From NCBI GenBank assembly GCA_011391125.1, contig JAABRE010000015.1, forward strand, positions 3,700 through 67,699: a DNA stretch of 64,000 nt, given 5' to 3'. This document shows positions 29,376-37,786 of the stretch, in pieces; the stretch's first letter is position 1, and each line of letters begins with the position of its first letter. The stretch comes from Synechococcales cyanobacterium S06 (GTDB lineage Bacteria > Cyanobacteriota > Cyanobacteriia > Cyanobacteriales > JAABRE01). The translations under genes and the position numbers were made by a program. The notes below the pieces were generated by a model. It did not search any database. It worked only from the letters and a program-made list of their open reading frames with translations, and was not told where the DNA came from.

Positions 29376-30872
29376 TTAAAGTCCTCTTTCTGGTTTTTCT
29401 GAAAATCCGACTCCCACTTCTCCTTTATGTTGTTGGGTGTCTTCTAACATGGAAATTGCATATTCCCGATGACTTGGTGGAATAACGAACCTGTCTTCAA
29501 GGGTTGGTAAGGAGGTTAAACGGAAAATCGCGTCGCAGGTTTCTTTCGTCAAGCCTGCTGTGGCGATCGCCTCTTCCACTTTGACTTCATCTAAGTCGCC
29601 CACTTCTTCTAATCGTTTCGATAAACGTACGGAAATCAATTTACGGTAGGTGTCTTTGATTATTTCTTGATTTCCAGCGCTAAACATTTTTGCTAAATAT
29701 TCAACAGGAACTCGCGCTTGTTCTAAACTGGTGAAAAATGTGTCACTGTTGCTTTCATAAGTACCGTTTTCCACTCTTCCTAAAACGGGCAGTAAGGGGG
29801 GAACATAAAATAACATGGGTAAGGTGCGGAATTCCGGATGCAGTGGTAAAGCTAATTTCCACTCTTTGACAAATTTGTAAACAGGCGATTTTTGCGCCGA
29901 TTCGATTACTGAGGCATGGATGCCGTCTTTTTCAGCTTGGGCAATTACTTTTGGGTCAAAGGGATCGAGGATCAATTCTCTCTGTTTTTCCACCAATTCT
30001 GATTCGTCACAGGAGGCAATTTCTTCAATGCGATCGGCATCGTACAGCAACATTCCTAAGTAGCGGATTCTACCAACACAGGAATGGAAACAAGCAGGAG
30101 GTTGACCTGTTTCTAAACGCGGGTAACAAAGAATACATTTTTCCGATTTCCCTGATTTCCAGTTGTAGTAAACTTTTTTATAGGGACAAGCTGTGACGCA
30201 AAAACGCCATCCTCGACACACGTTTTGATTTACTAATACAATGCCGTCTTCTCCCCTTTTATATATTGCACCTGAAGGACAAGAAGCGACGCAACTGGGA
30301 TTGGCGCAATGATTGCATATACGTGGTAAGTAAAAGAAGACTAGGCGATCAATTTCAAATAAGGTTTCTCGATCTTTTTCGCTGATTGCGCCTAAATTCG
30401 GGTCATTACTGGCATAAATGGGTGAGCCGCCTAAATCATCATCCCAATTGGGACCAGCTTTAATATCAATATCATCCCCGGTAATTAAAGAAATGGGTTT
30501 AGCGGTGGGTTGATCATCACCGGCGGGAGCATCAAATAAGTCACTATATTTATAAGTCCACGGTTCGTAATAATCGTCAATGGTGGGTAAATGGGGTTGG
30601 TGGAATAAGTTGGCTATTCCTTTGACCTTATTAGTCGAACGCAATTCGATTTTTTCTTTTTCTTCATCTTTTTTCCAACCACCCTTGTATTTGTCTTGAT
30701 CTTCCCATTTGGTGGGATAACCAGTCCCCGGTTTGGTTTCGACATTATTCCACCACATATATTCTGTACCTTGACGGTCTGTCCAAATGTTCTTACAAGC
30801 GACACTGCAAGTATGACAACCAATGCATTTGTCGAGGTGAAACATCATGGAAACTTGAGCTCTAATATTCAT
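29376..30872 (-). CDS. narH: respiratory nitrate reductase beta subunit (4 Fe-S clusters)
   Basis: 498 aa. Ferredoxin-type Cys groups are CIGCHTCSVACK, CNHCANPSCVASC, CRGWRFCVTACP and CILCYPR. Confidence 0.93.
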   Translation of the reverse strand: MNIRAQVSMMFHLDKCIGCHTCSVACKNIWTDRQGTEYMWWNNVETKPGTGYPTKWEDQDKYKGGWKKDEEKEKIELRSTNKVKGIANLFHQPHLPTIDDYYEPWTYKYSDLFDAPAGDDQPTAKPISLITGDDIDIKAGPNWDDDLGGSPIYASNDPNLGAISEKDRETLFEIDRLVFFYLPRICNHCANPSCVASCPSGAIYKRGEDGIVLVNQNVCRGWRFCVTACPYKKVYYNWKSGKSEKCILCYPRLETGQPPACFHSCVGRIRYLGMLLYDADRIEEIASCDESELVEKQRELILDPFDPKVIAQAEKDGIHASVIESAQKSPVYKFVKEWKLALPLHPEFRTLPMLFYVPPLLPVLGRVENGTYESNSDTFFTSLEQARVPVEYLAKMFSAGNQEIIKDTYRKLISVRLSKRLEEVGDLDEVKVEEAIATAGLTKETCDAIFRLTSLPTLEDRFVIPPSHREYAISMLEDTQQHKGEVGVGFSEKPERGL

Positions 30873-30990
30873 TTTATTTAAGTCCTTGAAGAATCTTAAA
30901 GAGACAATTAATTATGGGGGGACGATTATGTTACATAAATCTCATTAAATTTGAATTTGTTGTTCAAATAAATCGCCTTTTCAGTTTCTA

Positions 30991-31019
30991 TTGTTACAGA
31001 ATCATCATTTAAGAGTCAA
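30991..31019 (-). promoter_or_regulatory. putative sigma70-type promoter of the narH operon (copy A of the duplicated module)
   Basis: The minus strand reads TTGACT (31019-31014), 17 nt, TAACAA (30996-30991), about 110 nt upstream of the narH ATG. It is part of a 56-bp block repeated at 31667-31722. Confidence 0.45.
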
Positions 31020-31285
31020 GAATTCCTCACATATCTTCATATTATGACTTAACATTTCTTAAACAAAACTAATCGCTATTTTACTAGAAATCAATTGAGT
31101 AATTATACTTGAAAAGTAGCTTAAACTTAATCTCTATAAGTATCTGAACTGAAAAATTAGCACGATGTAGAGGCCGATTAGCTAAGTTTTTCTCATCAGG
31201 AAATATTAAAAAAATATTAAATTGACCTAAGCTTTTGTGAAAATCAATTTTAAAAATTTAATAACCTAAATTTAAACTTTTAAGA

Positions 31286-31311
31286 CCTTAGAATTCTCGT
31301 TAATTCTAAGG
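31286..31311 (-). terminator. stem-loop downstream of the small ORF 31349..31627
   Basis: Perfect 10-bp inverted repeat CCTTAGAATT / AATTCTAAGG with a 6-nt loop. The trailing sequence is only moderately U-rich. Confidence 0.4.
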
Positions 31312-31348
31312 CCTTAAATTTGGACTTATCAAAAAGTATTTCATCAAT

Positions 31349-31627
31349 TTATCGAGAAGGAATTACACAAAACTGTTGTACAGGGATAACTTGTTGACCA
31401 CAATCAGGATTCCACACCACCCATTCCGTATCAGAATAGGAACATAATAATAAAACATCCTGCTCAGAGCTAAGTAAATGTACCCAAGTATTATCTAAAG
31501 GAGGTAAAGAAACCACTTCTTGTTGAGCTTTATTAACGGAAATCCAACACCATTGAAGATTATTGACGGAATAGTTATTATTACTTAGATTATTTGAACG
31601 GGGGCGATTTAATAATGCAGTACCCAT
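31349..31627 (-). CDS. hypothetical 92-aa protein
   Basis: The start is chosen at MGTALL (31627) because the promoter-like -10 element lies at 31671-31676, inside the longer ORF-track model. No recognisable domain. Confidence 0.45.
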   Translation of the reverse strand: MGTALLNRPRSNNLSNNNYSVNNLQWCWISVNKAQQEVVSLPPLDNTWVHLLSSEQDVLLLCSYSDTEWVVWNPDCGQQVIPVQQFCVIPSR

Positions 31628-31670
31628 AACACTTCGACTCCTAAAATTTATTTTTTTAATTCTGTATTCA

Positions 31671-31699
31671 TTGTTACAGAATCCTCGATTAATAATCAA
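31671..31699 (-). promoter_or_regulatory. putative sigma70-type promoter (copy B of the duplicated module)
   Basis: The minus strand reads TTGATT (31699-31694), 17 nt, TAACAA (31676-31671). The spacing is the same as in copy A. Confidence 0.45.
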
Positions 31700-31829
31700 G
31701 AAAACTTAACATATTTTTACATAAAAATTTTTTTGAGTCTTATGACGCGTTGCCCAAAGTTGAAAGTTAACAGAATAATGCAAAATAAGTATCTCAAAAA
31801 TGCGTCTATTGCATTAACTGTTAAAAAAT

Positions 31830-31843
31830 GTAACAAAAGATAC
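31830..31843. promoter_or_regulatory. candidate NtcA-binding site (GTA-N8-TAC)
   Basis: GTAACAAAAGATAC matches the canonical palindromic NtcA consensus. It lies in the divergent gap between the small ORF (minus) and narB (plus). No -10 box at the ideal 22-nt spacing was found. Confidence 0.3.
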
Positions 31844-32219
31844 GAAGTTTTGAAGAAATTAATGTGATGCTAAGAATCAAGCAAACCATCTAGCAATCAG
31901 CTAAAGTTTGTTCCCTGTGAATTAGTTATTTAAAATTCAGTAAATGACCATGAAATTAAATCAAAAATTACCCGATATCCAAAGTGGAACTTGTCAAGAT
32001 CATTAACAAATTCCCATAAAAAAGGTTTAATCTGTCTCTAAATTGTCTTTTTATCGTTTGATTATTATTTTCAAAGTCTGCTCTCAAAACAGTAATAAAT
32101 TTTTCATTTGATTTTTGGAACTGATAAATTTTCCCTATTTAAACTTTTTTAACTTTCTGATTTGGCCGTTGTTATCATTTAGCAAAAATAGCCCCTATTA
32201 ATTAATTAATTCAAATATT

Positions 32220-34514
32220 ATGACTCATAAAACTGTTTGTCCTTATTGTGGTGTGGGTTGTGGGTTGCAAGTATCTCCTCCAGCCGAGTTGGGTAAAGCA
32301 ACGAATAGAGATAAAGACGGCAATCCCATGTGGAAGGTGATGGGCGATCGCACCCACCCCTCAAGTCAAGGTAAAGTATGTGTTAAGGGTGCTACCATCG
32401 CCGAATCATTAGACAAAAATCGCCTTAAATATCCCATGATTCGGGAATCATTGTCCGAGCCGTTTCGCCAAGCAACGTGGGATGAAGCTTATGACAAAAT
32501 TGTCGCCAGAATCAGAGAAGTTCTCGCCACCCAAGGACCAGACGGTATTTGTATGTATGGCTCCGGGCAGTTTCAAACCGAAGATTATTACATTGCCCAA
32601 AAATTACTCAAAGGCTGTTTAGGTACAAATAATTTTGATGCCAATTCTCGTTTGTGTATGTCCTCAGCAGTTGCTGGATATAGCCAAAGTTTCGGCACCG
32701 ATGGTCCACCTTGTTGCTATGAAGACTTGGATTTAACCGATTGTGCCTTTATTATCGGTAGTAACACCGCAGAATGTCACCCGATTATTTTTAATCGTTT
32801 GCATCAAAATATTAAACGCAATCGTCAAGCGAAAATGATTGTCGTTGATCCCCGACGCACGAAAACCGCCGAAGTTGCGGATTTACACCTGGCAATTAAA
32901 CCAGGTACAGACATTGATTTGCTCAACGGAATGGCCTATTTATTAATGCGTTGGGGTTACCTTGACACCTTTTTTATCGACGAATGTACGAAGGATTTTC
33001 CCGCTTATGCTGAAGTAATTCAACATTATCCCCCGGAATTGGTGGCCCGCAAATGTGGTATTAGAATTGACCATTTAGAGCAGGCTGCCCGTTATTGGGG
33101 AGAAGCAAAAAACGTCTTATCCCTGTGGTCCATGGGAATTAACCAATCCTCTGAAGGTACAGCCAAAGTGCGCACTATCATTAATCTGCACTTAATGACA
33201 GGAGAAATCGGTAAACCGGGGGCCGGTCCGTTTTCCTTGACGGGGCAACCAAATGCCATGGGAGGTCGAGAAGCTGGCGGTTTGTGCCATATTTTACCCG
33301 GTTATCGCTTAGTGGCAAATGCTCAACATCGCGCCGAATTGGAACAAGCTTGGAAATTGCCTGCGGGGTCAATGTCCGCCGTGCCGGGGAGAGATGCGTG
33401 GAGTCAAATCACGGGTTTAGAAAGCGCAAACGTTGGTCTATACTGGGTTGCGGCCACTAATCCGGCTGTTAGTATGCCCGATTTAAACCGCACTAAAGCA
33501 GCTTTGTTGAAGTCACCCTTCACTGTTTATCAGGATGCCTATTATCCCACCGAAACCTCTGAATTTGCCCATATTTTGTTACCTGCGGCGCAATGGGGCG
33601 AAAAAGCGGGAACAATGACCAATTCTGAGCGTACTGTTAGTTATTGCCCAGAATTTCGCCATCGGCCAGGAGTTGCTAAAGCTGATTGGGAAATTTTTGC
33701 CGAAGTTGGCCGTCGTTTGGGCTTTGAAAAGCAGTTCAGTTTTGCTAATTCGGCGCAAGTTTATGCGGAATTTGTACAACTTACCCAAGGAAGACCTTGC
33801 GATGTTTCTGGTTTAAGTCATCAAAAATTACAGGAATTAGGTCCCCAAGCTTGGCCCTATCCTGAACAAGAGTCAGAAATTCGCCAAAATGAACCGGAAA
33901 AGGCTAAAAATGGTCTGTTTGCTGGACTTTTTGCCGGTAAGGAGCCACACAAGTTACAGGGAAAACGCCTTTATACTGATGGCAAATTTAACACACCTGA
34001 CGGTAGAGCTAGGTTTGGGGCTTTTCATTCTCATGGGTTGGCTGAACCAACCGACAATGATTATCCCTTTGTGATTACGGTGGGTAGGCTTTATGGTCAT
34101 TGGCACACCATGACTCGCACAGGTCGAATAGATAAGCTAATGAAGATGCACCCGACTCCTTTTATTGAAATCCACCCCAAGGATGCGGAAAAGTTGGGTA
34201 TTGAGACTGATTCTTTGGTGGAAGTGCGCTCTCGTCGTGGAATGGCGCGTTTTCCGGCTTTGGTCACCAAGGCGATCGCCCCGGGTACAGTATTTGTACC
34301 TATGCACTGGGGCGCATTATGGGGCAAAGATACGGAAGCGAATATGTTGACTCATCCTGAAGCTTGCCCCATTTCCAAAGAGCCCGAATTGAAAGCTGCT
34401 GCGGTACAATTAATATTAGTTAACAGTAATAACTTAACTGTTAAAACTGAGCAATTAACTGTTAAAACTGAGCAATTAACAGCTAATACTAAACAATTAA
34501 CAGCCAACATTTAA
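32220..34514 (+). CDS. narB: assimilatory ferredoxin-dependent nitrate reductase, with a repeat-encoded C-terminal tail
   Basis: N-terminal CPYCGVGCG 4Fe-4S motif and a molybdopterin oxidoreductase body. The last 30 aa or so ([26 protein letters not shown]) are encoded by 21-nt tandem repeats. Confidence 0.9.
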   Translation: MTHKTVCPYCGVGCGLQVSPPAELGKATNRDKDGNPMWKVMGDRTHPSSQGKVCVKGATIAESLDKNRLKYPMIRESLSEPFRQATWDEAYDKIVARIREVLATQGPDGICMYGSGQFQTEDYYIAQKLLKGCLGTNNFDANSRLCMSSAVAGYSQSFGTDGPPCCYEDLDLTDCAFIIGSNTAECHPIIFNRLHQNIKRNRQAKMIVVDPRRTKTAEVADLHLAIKPGTDIDLLNGMAYLLMRWGYLDTFFIDECTKDFPAYAEVIQHYPPELVARKCGIRIDHLEQAARYWGEAKNVLSLWSMGINQSSEGTAKVRTIINLHLMTGEIGKPGAGPFSLTGQPNAMGGREAGGLCHILPGYRLVANAQHRAELEQAWKLPAGSMSAVPGRDAWSQITGLESANVGLYWVAATNPAVSMPDLNRTKAALLKSPFTVYQDAYYPTETSEFAHILLPAAQWGEKAGTMTNSERTVSYCPEFRHRPGVAKADWEIFAEVGRRLGFEKQFSFANSAQVYAEFVQLTQGRPCDVSGLSHQKLQELGPQAWPYPEQESEIRQNEPEKAKNGLFAGLFAGKEPHKLQGKRLYTDGKFNTPDGRARFGAFHSHGLAEPTDNDYPFVITVGRLYGHWHTMTRTGRIDKLMKMHPTPFIEIHPKDAEKLGIETDSLVEVRSRRGMARFPALVTKAIAPGTVFVPMHWGALWGKDTEANMLTHPEACPISKEPELKAAAVQLILVNSNNLTVKTEQLTVKTEQLTANTKQLTANI

Positions 34515-34522
34515 TTGTTAAC

Positions 34523-34627
34523 TATAGCACTTGCCAAATTTATGGGGACTCTTTTCCCCCTCTCCCTTTGGGATGAGGGGGGTAGGGGGGTGAGGGGTTG
34601 TATCTCATTTAATCTGAAAATGCTATA
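34523..34627. mobile_element. MITE, TATAGCA-terminus family with a G-rich hairpin core
   Basis: Termini are TATAGCACTTG (34523-) and AAAATGCTATA (-34627). The core is CCCCCTCTCCCTTTGGGATGAGGGGGGTAGGGGGGTGAGGGG. A second copy lies at 59740..59845. Confidence 0.75.
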
Positions 34628-34628
34628 T

Positions 34629-34665
34629 TAACTATCAACTATCAACTATCAACTATCAACTATTA
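34629..34665. repeat. heptamer tandem array (CTATCAA)n
   Basis: 7-nt periodicity. The array ends 2 nt before the ATG at 34668. Confidence 0.85.
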
Positions 34666-34667
34666 AC

Positions 34668-35120
34668 ATGACTTTTTTTCAATTTGAAGCGGCTTTTATC
34701 GAGTCTTTGCGGTGCATTCCCATGCAGATTAGAATCAATTTAGATACCTGTGGAGTTAAACTTAAATTAGCTCATTGGAATAAGTTTGATGAACAGGAAA
34801 AACAGGCTTTAGTTAATCTTCCTTGCACATCTAAAGAAGAAAGTCAAGCCTATCAAAACTTTTTGCAAAGTTTGCTTGTTAAACAAACTGGCAAACCTGC
34901 CCAAATGCTAGAAATAGATGAGTTTCCTGACTGGTTAAATGATAGTAATATTCCCGTCAATGTTAAAGAAAAAGCCGCTGAATTTGGTTTAGAAATTAGT
35001 TTACAGCAATGGGAAAATTTGACTCCTTTACAACGTTTTACTTTAATAAAATTGAGCAGAAAAGGTCACGAAAATCTTAATTTTTACCCAGCTTTAAAAG
35101 AGTTTAATTTGATCAATTAA
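34668..35120 (+). CDS. nitrate reductase-associated protein (small cyanobacterial family found next to narB)
   Basis: 150 aa. The N-terminal FQFEAAFIESLRCIPMQIRINLDTCGVKLKL matches my recollection of the narB-associated family. It lies immediately downstream of narB. Confidence 0.65.
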   Translation: MTFFQFEAAFIESLRCIPMQIRINLDTCGVKLKLAHWNKFDEQEKQALVNLPCTSKEESQAYQNFLQSLLVKQTGKPAQMLEIDEFPDWLNDSNIPVNVKEKAAEFGLEISLQQWENLTPLQRFTLIKLSRKGHENLNFYPALKEFNLIN

Positions 35121-35137
35121 GTAGCGCTTAAGCGCAA

Positions 35138-37141
35138 CTACGAACCTTTTTGTTGTTGTTTGGGAATTTCGATGATAAATTCTGTTCCTGCTCCCATGGT
35201 AGAATTACAATAAAGTTTACCTTTATGATTTTCTACTATTAGTTGATAACTAATTGATAAGCCTAAACCTGTTCCTTTTCCTACTGGTTTGGTGGTAAAA
35301 AAGGGGTCAAATAAACGGTTTTTCACTTCTTCTTTGATTCCTTTTCCATTATCAATTATTTTAATTGCTATATGGTTATCTGGTAATTCTTGAATAATAA
35401 TTTCGATTTTTGGTGGTTTAGTTAGGGTGTTTTCTAGGGCTATTTGCTCAAGAGTTGATTCTTTAAGTGCATCAATTGCATTGGTAAGAATATTCATAAT
35501 TACTTGGGTAATTTGTCCGGGATAACATTCCATGGCTTCTAATTCAGCAAAATTTTTTATGACTTCAATTTGATAAGGAGTACCTTTAATTTTTAACTGA
35601 TTTTGCAAAATTAAGAGACTATTTTCAATGGGATCATTAATATTAATCCAACGTAAATCTGCTTGATCTAAATGGGAAAAGTTACGCAAAGAAATAACGA
35701 GATTTCTAATTCTTTCTGTACCTGATTTCATTGATTCTAATAATTTTTTCATATCAGTTATTATAAAATCTAAATCAATATCTTCCCTTTTTTCTCTAAT
35801 TTCAGGAGTAGCATTGGGATAAGATTTATCATATAATTCCAATAAATTTAGTAAATCTGTTATATACTCTTCAGCATAATTAATGTTACCATAAATGAAA
35901 TTAATTGGGTTATTAATTTCATGGGCAATTCCCGCAATTAACTGACCTAAACTGGACATTTTTTCAGTTTGGATTAATTGCATTTGGGTATTTTGTAAGC
36001 TATTTAAGGCTGTTTGAAGTTGCTTGGTTTGTTGTTGTAATTCATGTTCTACTTCTTGGCGTTGAATAATATCTTGTTCTAACTTTTGATTAGTTTCTGT
36101 TAGTTGAGCCGTTTTTTCTTCTACTAAGAGAAGTAACTTTTCTTGGACATTTTTTAACGCTATTTCTGCTTCTTGTTTCTGTTTAATTTCTGCTTTTAAT
36201 TGTAAGTTGCTTTCTTCTAATTCCCGAGTTCTTTCAGCCACTAAATCCTGTAAAATTTCAATAGTTCCATACATATAAGTAGGATTAAGAATTCGCAAAA
36301 TGCTAGTTTGAGAAACTAAACCCAATAATTCATTATTATCCCCTAAAACTACTAATCTTCTGACTCGTTTTTCTTCCATTTGTTCATTGGCAAATAAAAC
36401 AGAATCTTGAGGTTTAATGGATAATAAAGGATAACTCATTACTTGAGAAGCAATAGTTTTAGATAAGTCGAATTCTAACGCTTGAAACTGTACAATATCC
36501 CGCTCAGTAACTATTCCTAAAGGGGTTAAATATTCCCTAGTTAACTGCTCACAAATAACGACACAACTAACCTGATTTTCTGTCATCAATTTAGCGAGAG
36601 TTAAGACAGAATCTGTTAAATTAGCCCAAATTACTTCCTTTGACATAATATCTTGAACGTAACGTAATTTGGTAATAAAATTACTCGGTAAAAGCGATCT
36701 CCTTATGGTATTAGTGGTGATAATTCCCACTGGTTTTCCTTGGTTATTTATCACGGGTAAATGACGAATTTTGGATTGATTAAAGATAGCTAAAACCGTG
36801 AAAATATCTTTAAATTCTGATTCTTTTAAAGTAATGATTGGCTGTTTAATAACTTCTTTTAAAGTGATTTTTTTAATTGAAATACCATTAGCAGTAAGTT
36901 TAAGAATATCTCTCTGAGTAAAAATACCGATTAAGTCATCATTTTCCTTGACTAAAACGCAAGTTTGTCCCCATTCTTGAGGTAAAATAGCGTTATCACA
37001 ATCGTTAAAATCAAGGGAACAACTTCTCCATAAACGACTCATCATGGCTAAAATTTCACTAATTCTGGTGTGAATATCCACAACCATAAAGTTAGTATCA
37101 ATGGCCTTAATTAGAGATGGTGACAAATTAGATAAAGACAT
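35138..37141 (-). CDS. sensor histidine kinase with N-terminal tandem CBS domains and a long coiled coil
   Basis: Four CBS-like repeats, a coiled coil, the H-box GIAHEINNP, the N-box, and G-boxes DNGKGI / GTGLGLS. Confidence 0.85.
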   Translation of the reverse strand: MSLSNLSPSLIKAIDTNFMVVDIHTRISEILAMMSRLWRSCSLDFNDCDNAILPQEWGQTCVLVKENDDLIGIFTQRDILKLTANGISIKKITLKEVIKQPIITLKESEFKDIFTVLAIFNQSKIRHLPVINNQGKPVGIITTNTIRRSLLPSNFITKLRYVQDIMSKEVIWANLTDSVLTLAKLMTENQVSCVVICEQLTREYLTPLGIVTERDIVQFQALEFDLSKTIASQVMSYPLLSIKPQDSVLFANEQMEEKRVRRLVVLGDNNELLGLVSQTSILRILNPTYMYGTIEILQDLVAERTRELEESNLQLKAEIKQKQEAEIALKNVQEKLLLLVEEKTAQLTETNQKLEQDIIQRQEVEHELQQQTKQLQTALNSLQNTQMQLIQTEKMSSLGQLIAGIAHEINNPINFIYGNINYAEEYITDLLNLLELYDKSYPNATPEIREKREDIDLDFIITDMKKLLESMKSGTERIRNLVISLRNFSHLDQADLRWININDPIENSLLILQNQLKIKGTPYQIEVIKNFAELEAMECYPGQITQVIMNILTNAIDALKESTLEQIALENTLTKPPKIEIIIQELPDNHIAIKIIDNGKGIKEEVKNRLFDPFFTTKPVGKGTGLGLSISYQLIVENHKGKLYCNSTMGAGTEFIIEIPKQQQKGS

Positions 37142-37528
37142 AAAAATAACATTAGTAATTTAGAAAAAACTCTAATTAATTTTAAATCATTAATCTAGTC
37201 TTGAATAATAAATTGCAACAAATATTAAAAATAATTATCTTTTGTATTTCGGTTCTTAGTTGTAATTTATGGCTAAATAGAATGTGCATTTCCCTTACAA
37301 ACCTTTGCGTAAAAAAGGCAAAAATTAACCGAATTAATCTGAAATTAATTACAATAGACTTGGTGCAAAAAGTCTAATAGACAACTTCCAAAACTGCTGA
37401 TTTTTATTTCTTGATTTTGACTAAACCAATACATAGCTTGATAAAAAAGTCACAATTAGACGAAATGATTAAGTCCTTTTCAGTTAATCATTGATTTTTA
37501 TAAAGGTATAGCTTTATTCTCTTATCTG

Positions 37529-37537
37529 TGGTATAAT
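37529..37537 (+). promoter_or_regulatory. extended -10 promoter element (TGgTATAAT)
   Basis: TGGTATAAT lies about 250 nt upstream of the FBP/SBPase start and is followed by a CCCCAA...TTGGGG hairpin. There is no good -35 element. Confidence 0.3.
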
Positions 37538-37786
37538 AGCGCTCTTTGAGATGATTGACCCCAAGTTCCCGTTTTCCATTGGGGTGTATTCCCAATATCT
37601 TGCTTTGATTTAAGATTAAGAATGTCGTCAGAATAATAATCGCCCTAGAATAAGCAAAATTACCTGAATCTAAAAATTACTGATTTGAGTGTTAATTAAT
37701 TGTTAAATTTGATCCCCTCTTTCTGATAGTATGTCTGATTAGATTAGACAAAATAAATTTAACAGCTGTTCGGAGGCTCAAAAAAC

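Noticed and set aside
20752-30872. Alternative identity of the large molybdoenzyme cluster as periplasmic Nap or assimilatory Nas
   Set aside because: A 1201-aa alpha subunit with the H-x3-C-x3-C FS0 motif and no Tat signal, together with NarH-, NarJ- and NarI-type partners, is diagnostic of the membrane-bound Nar/Nxr type. No napB, napC or nasC features are present.
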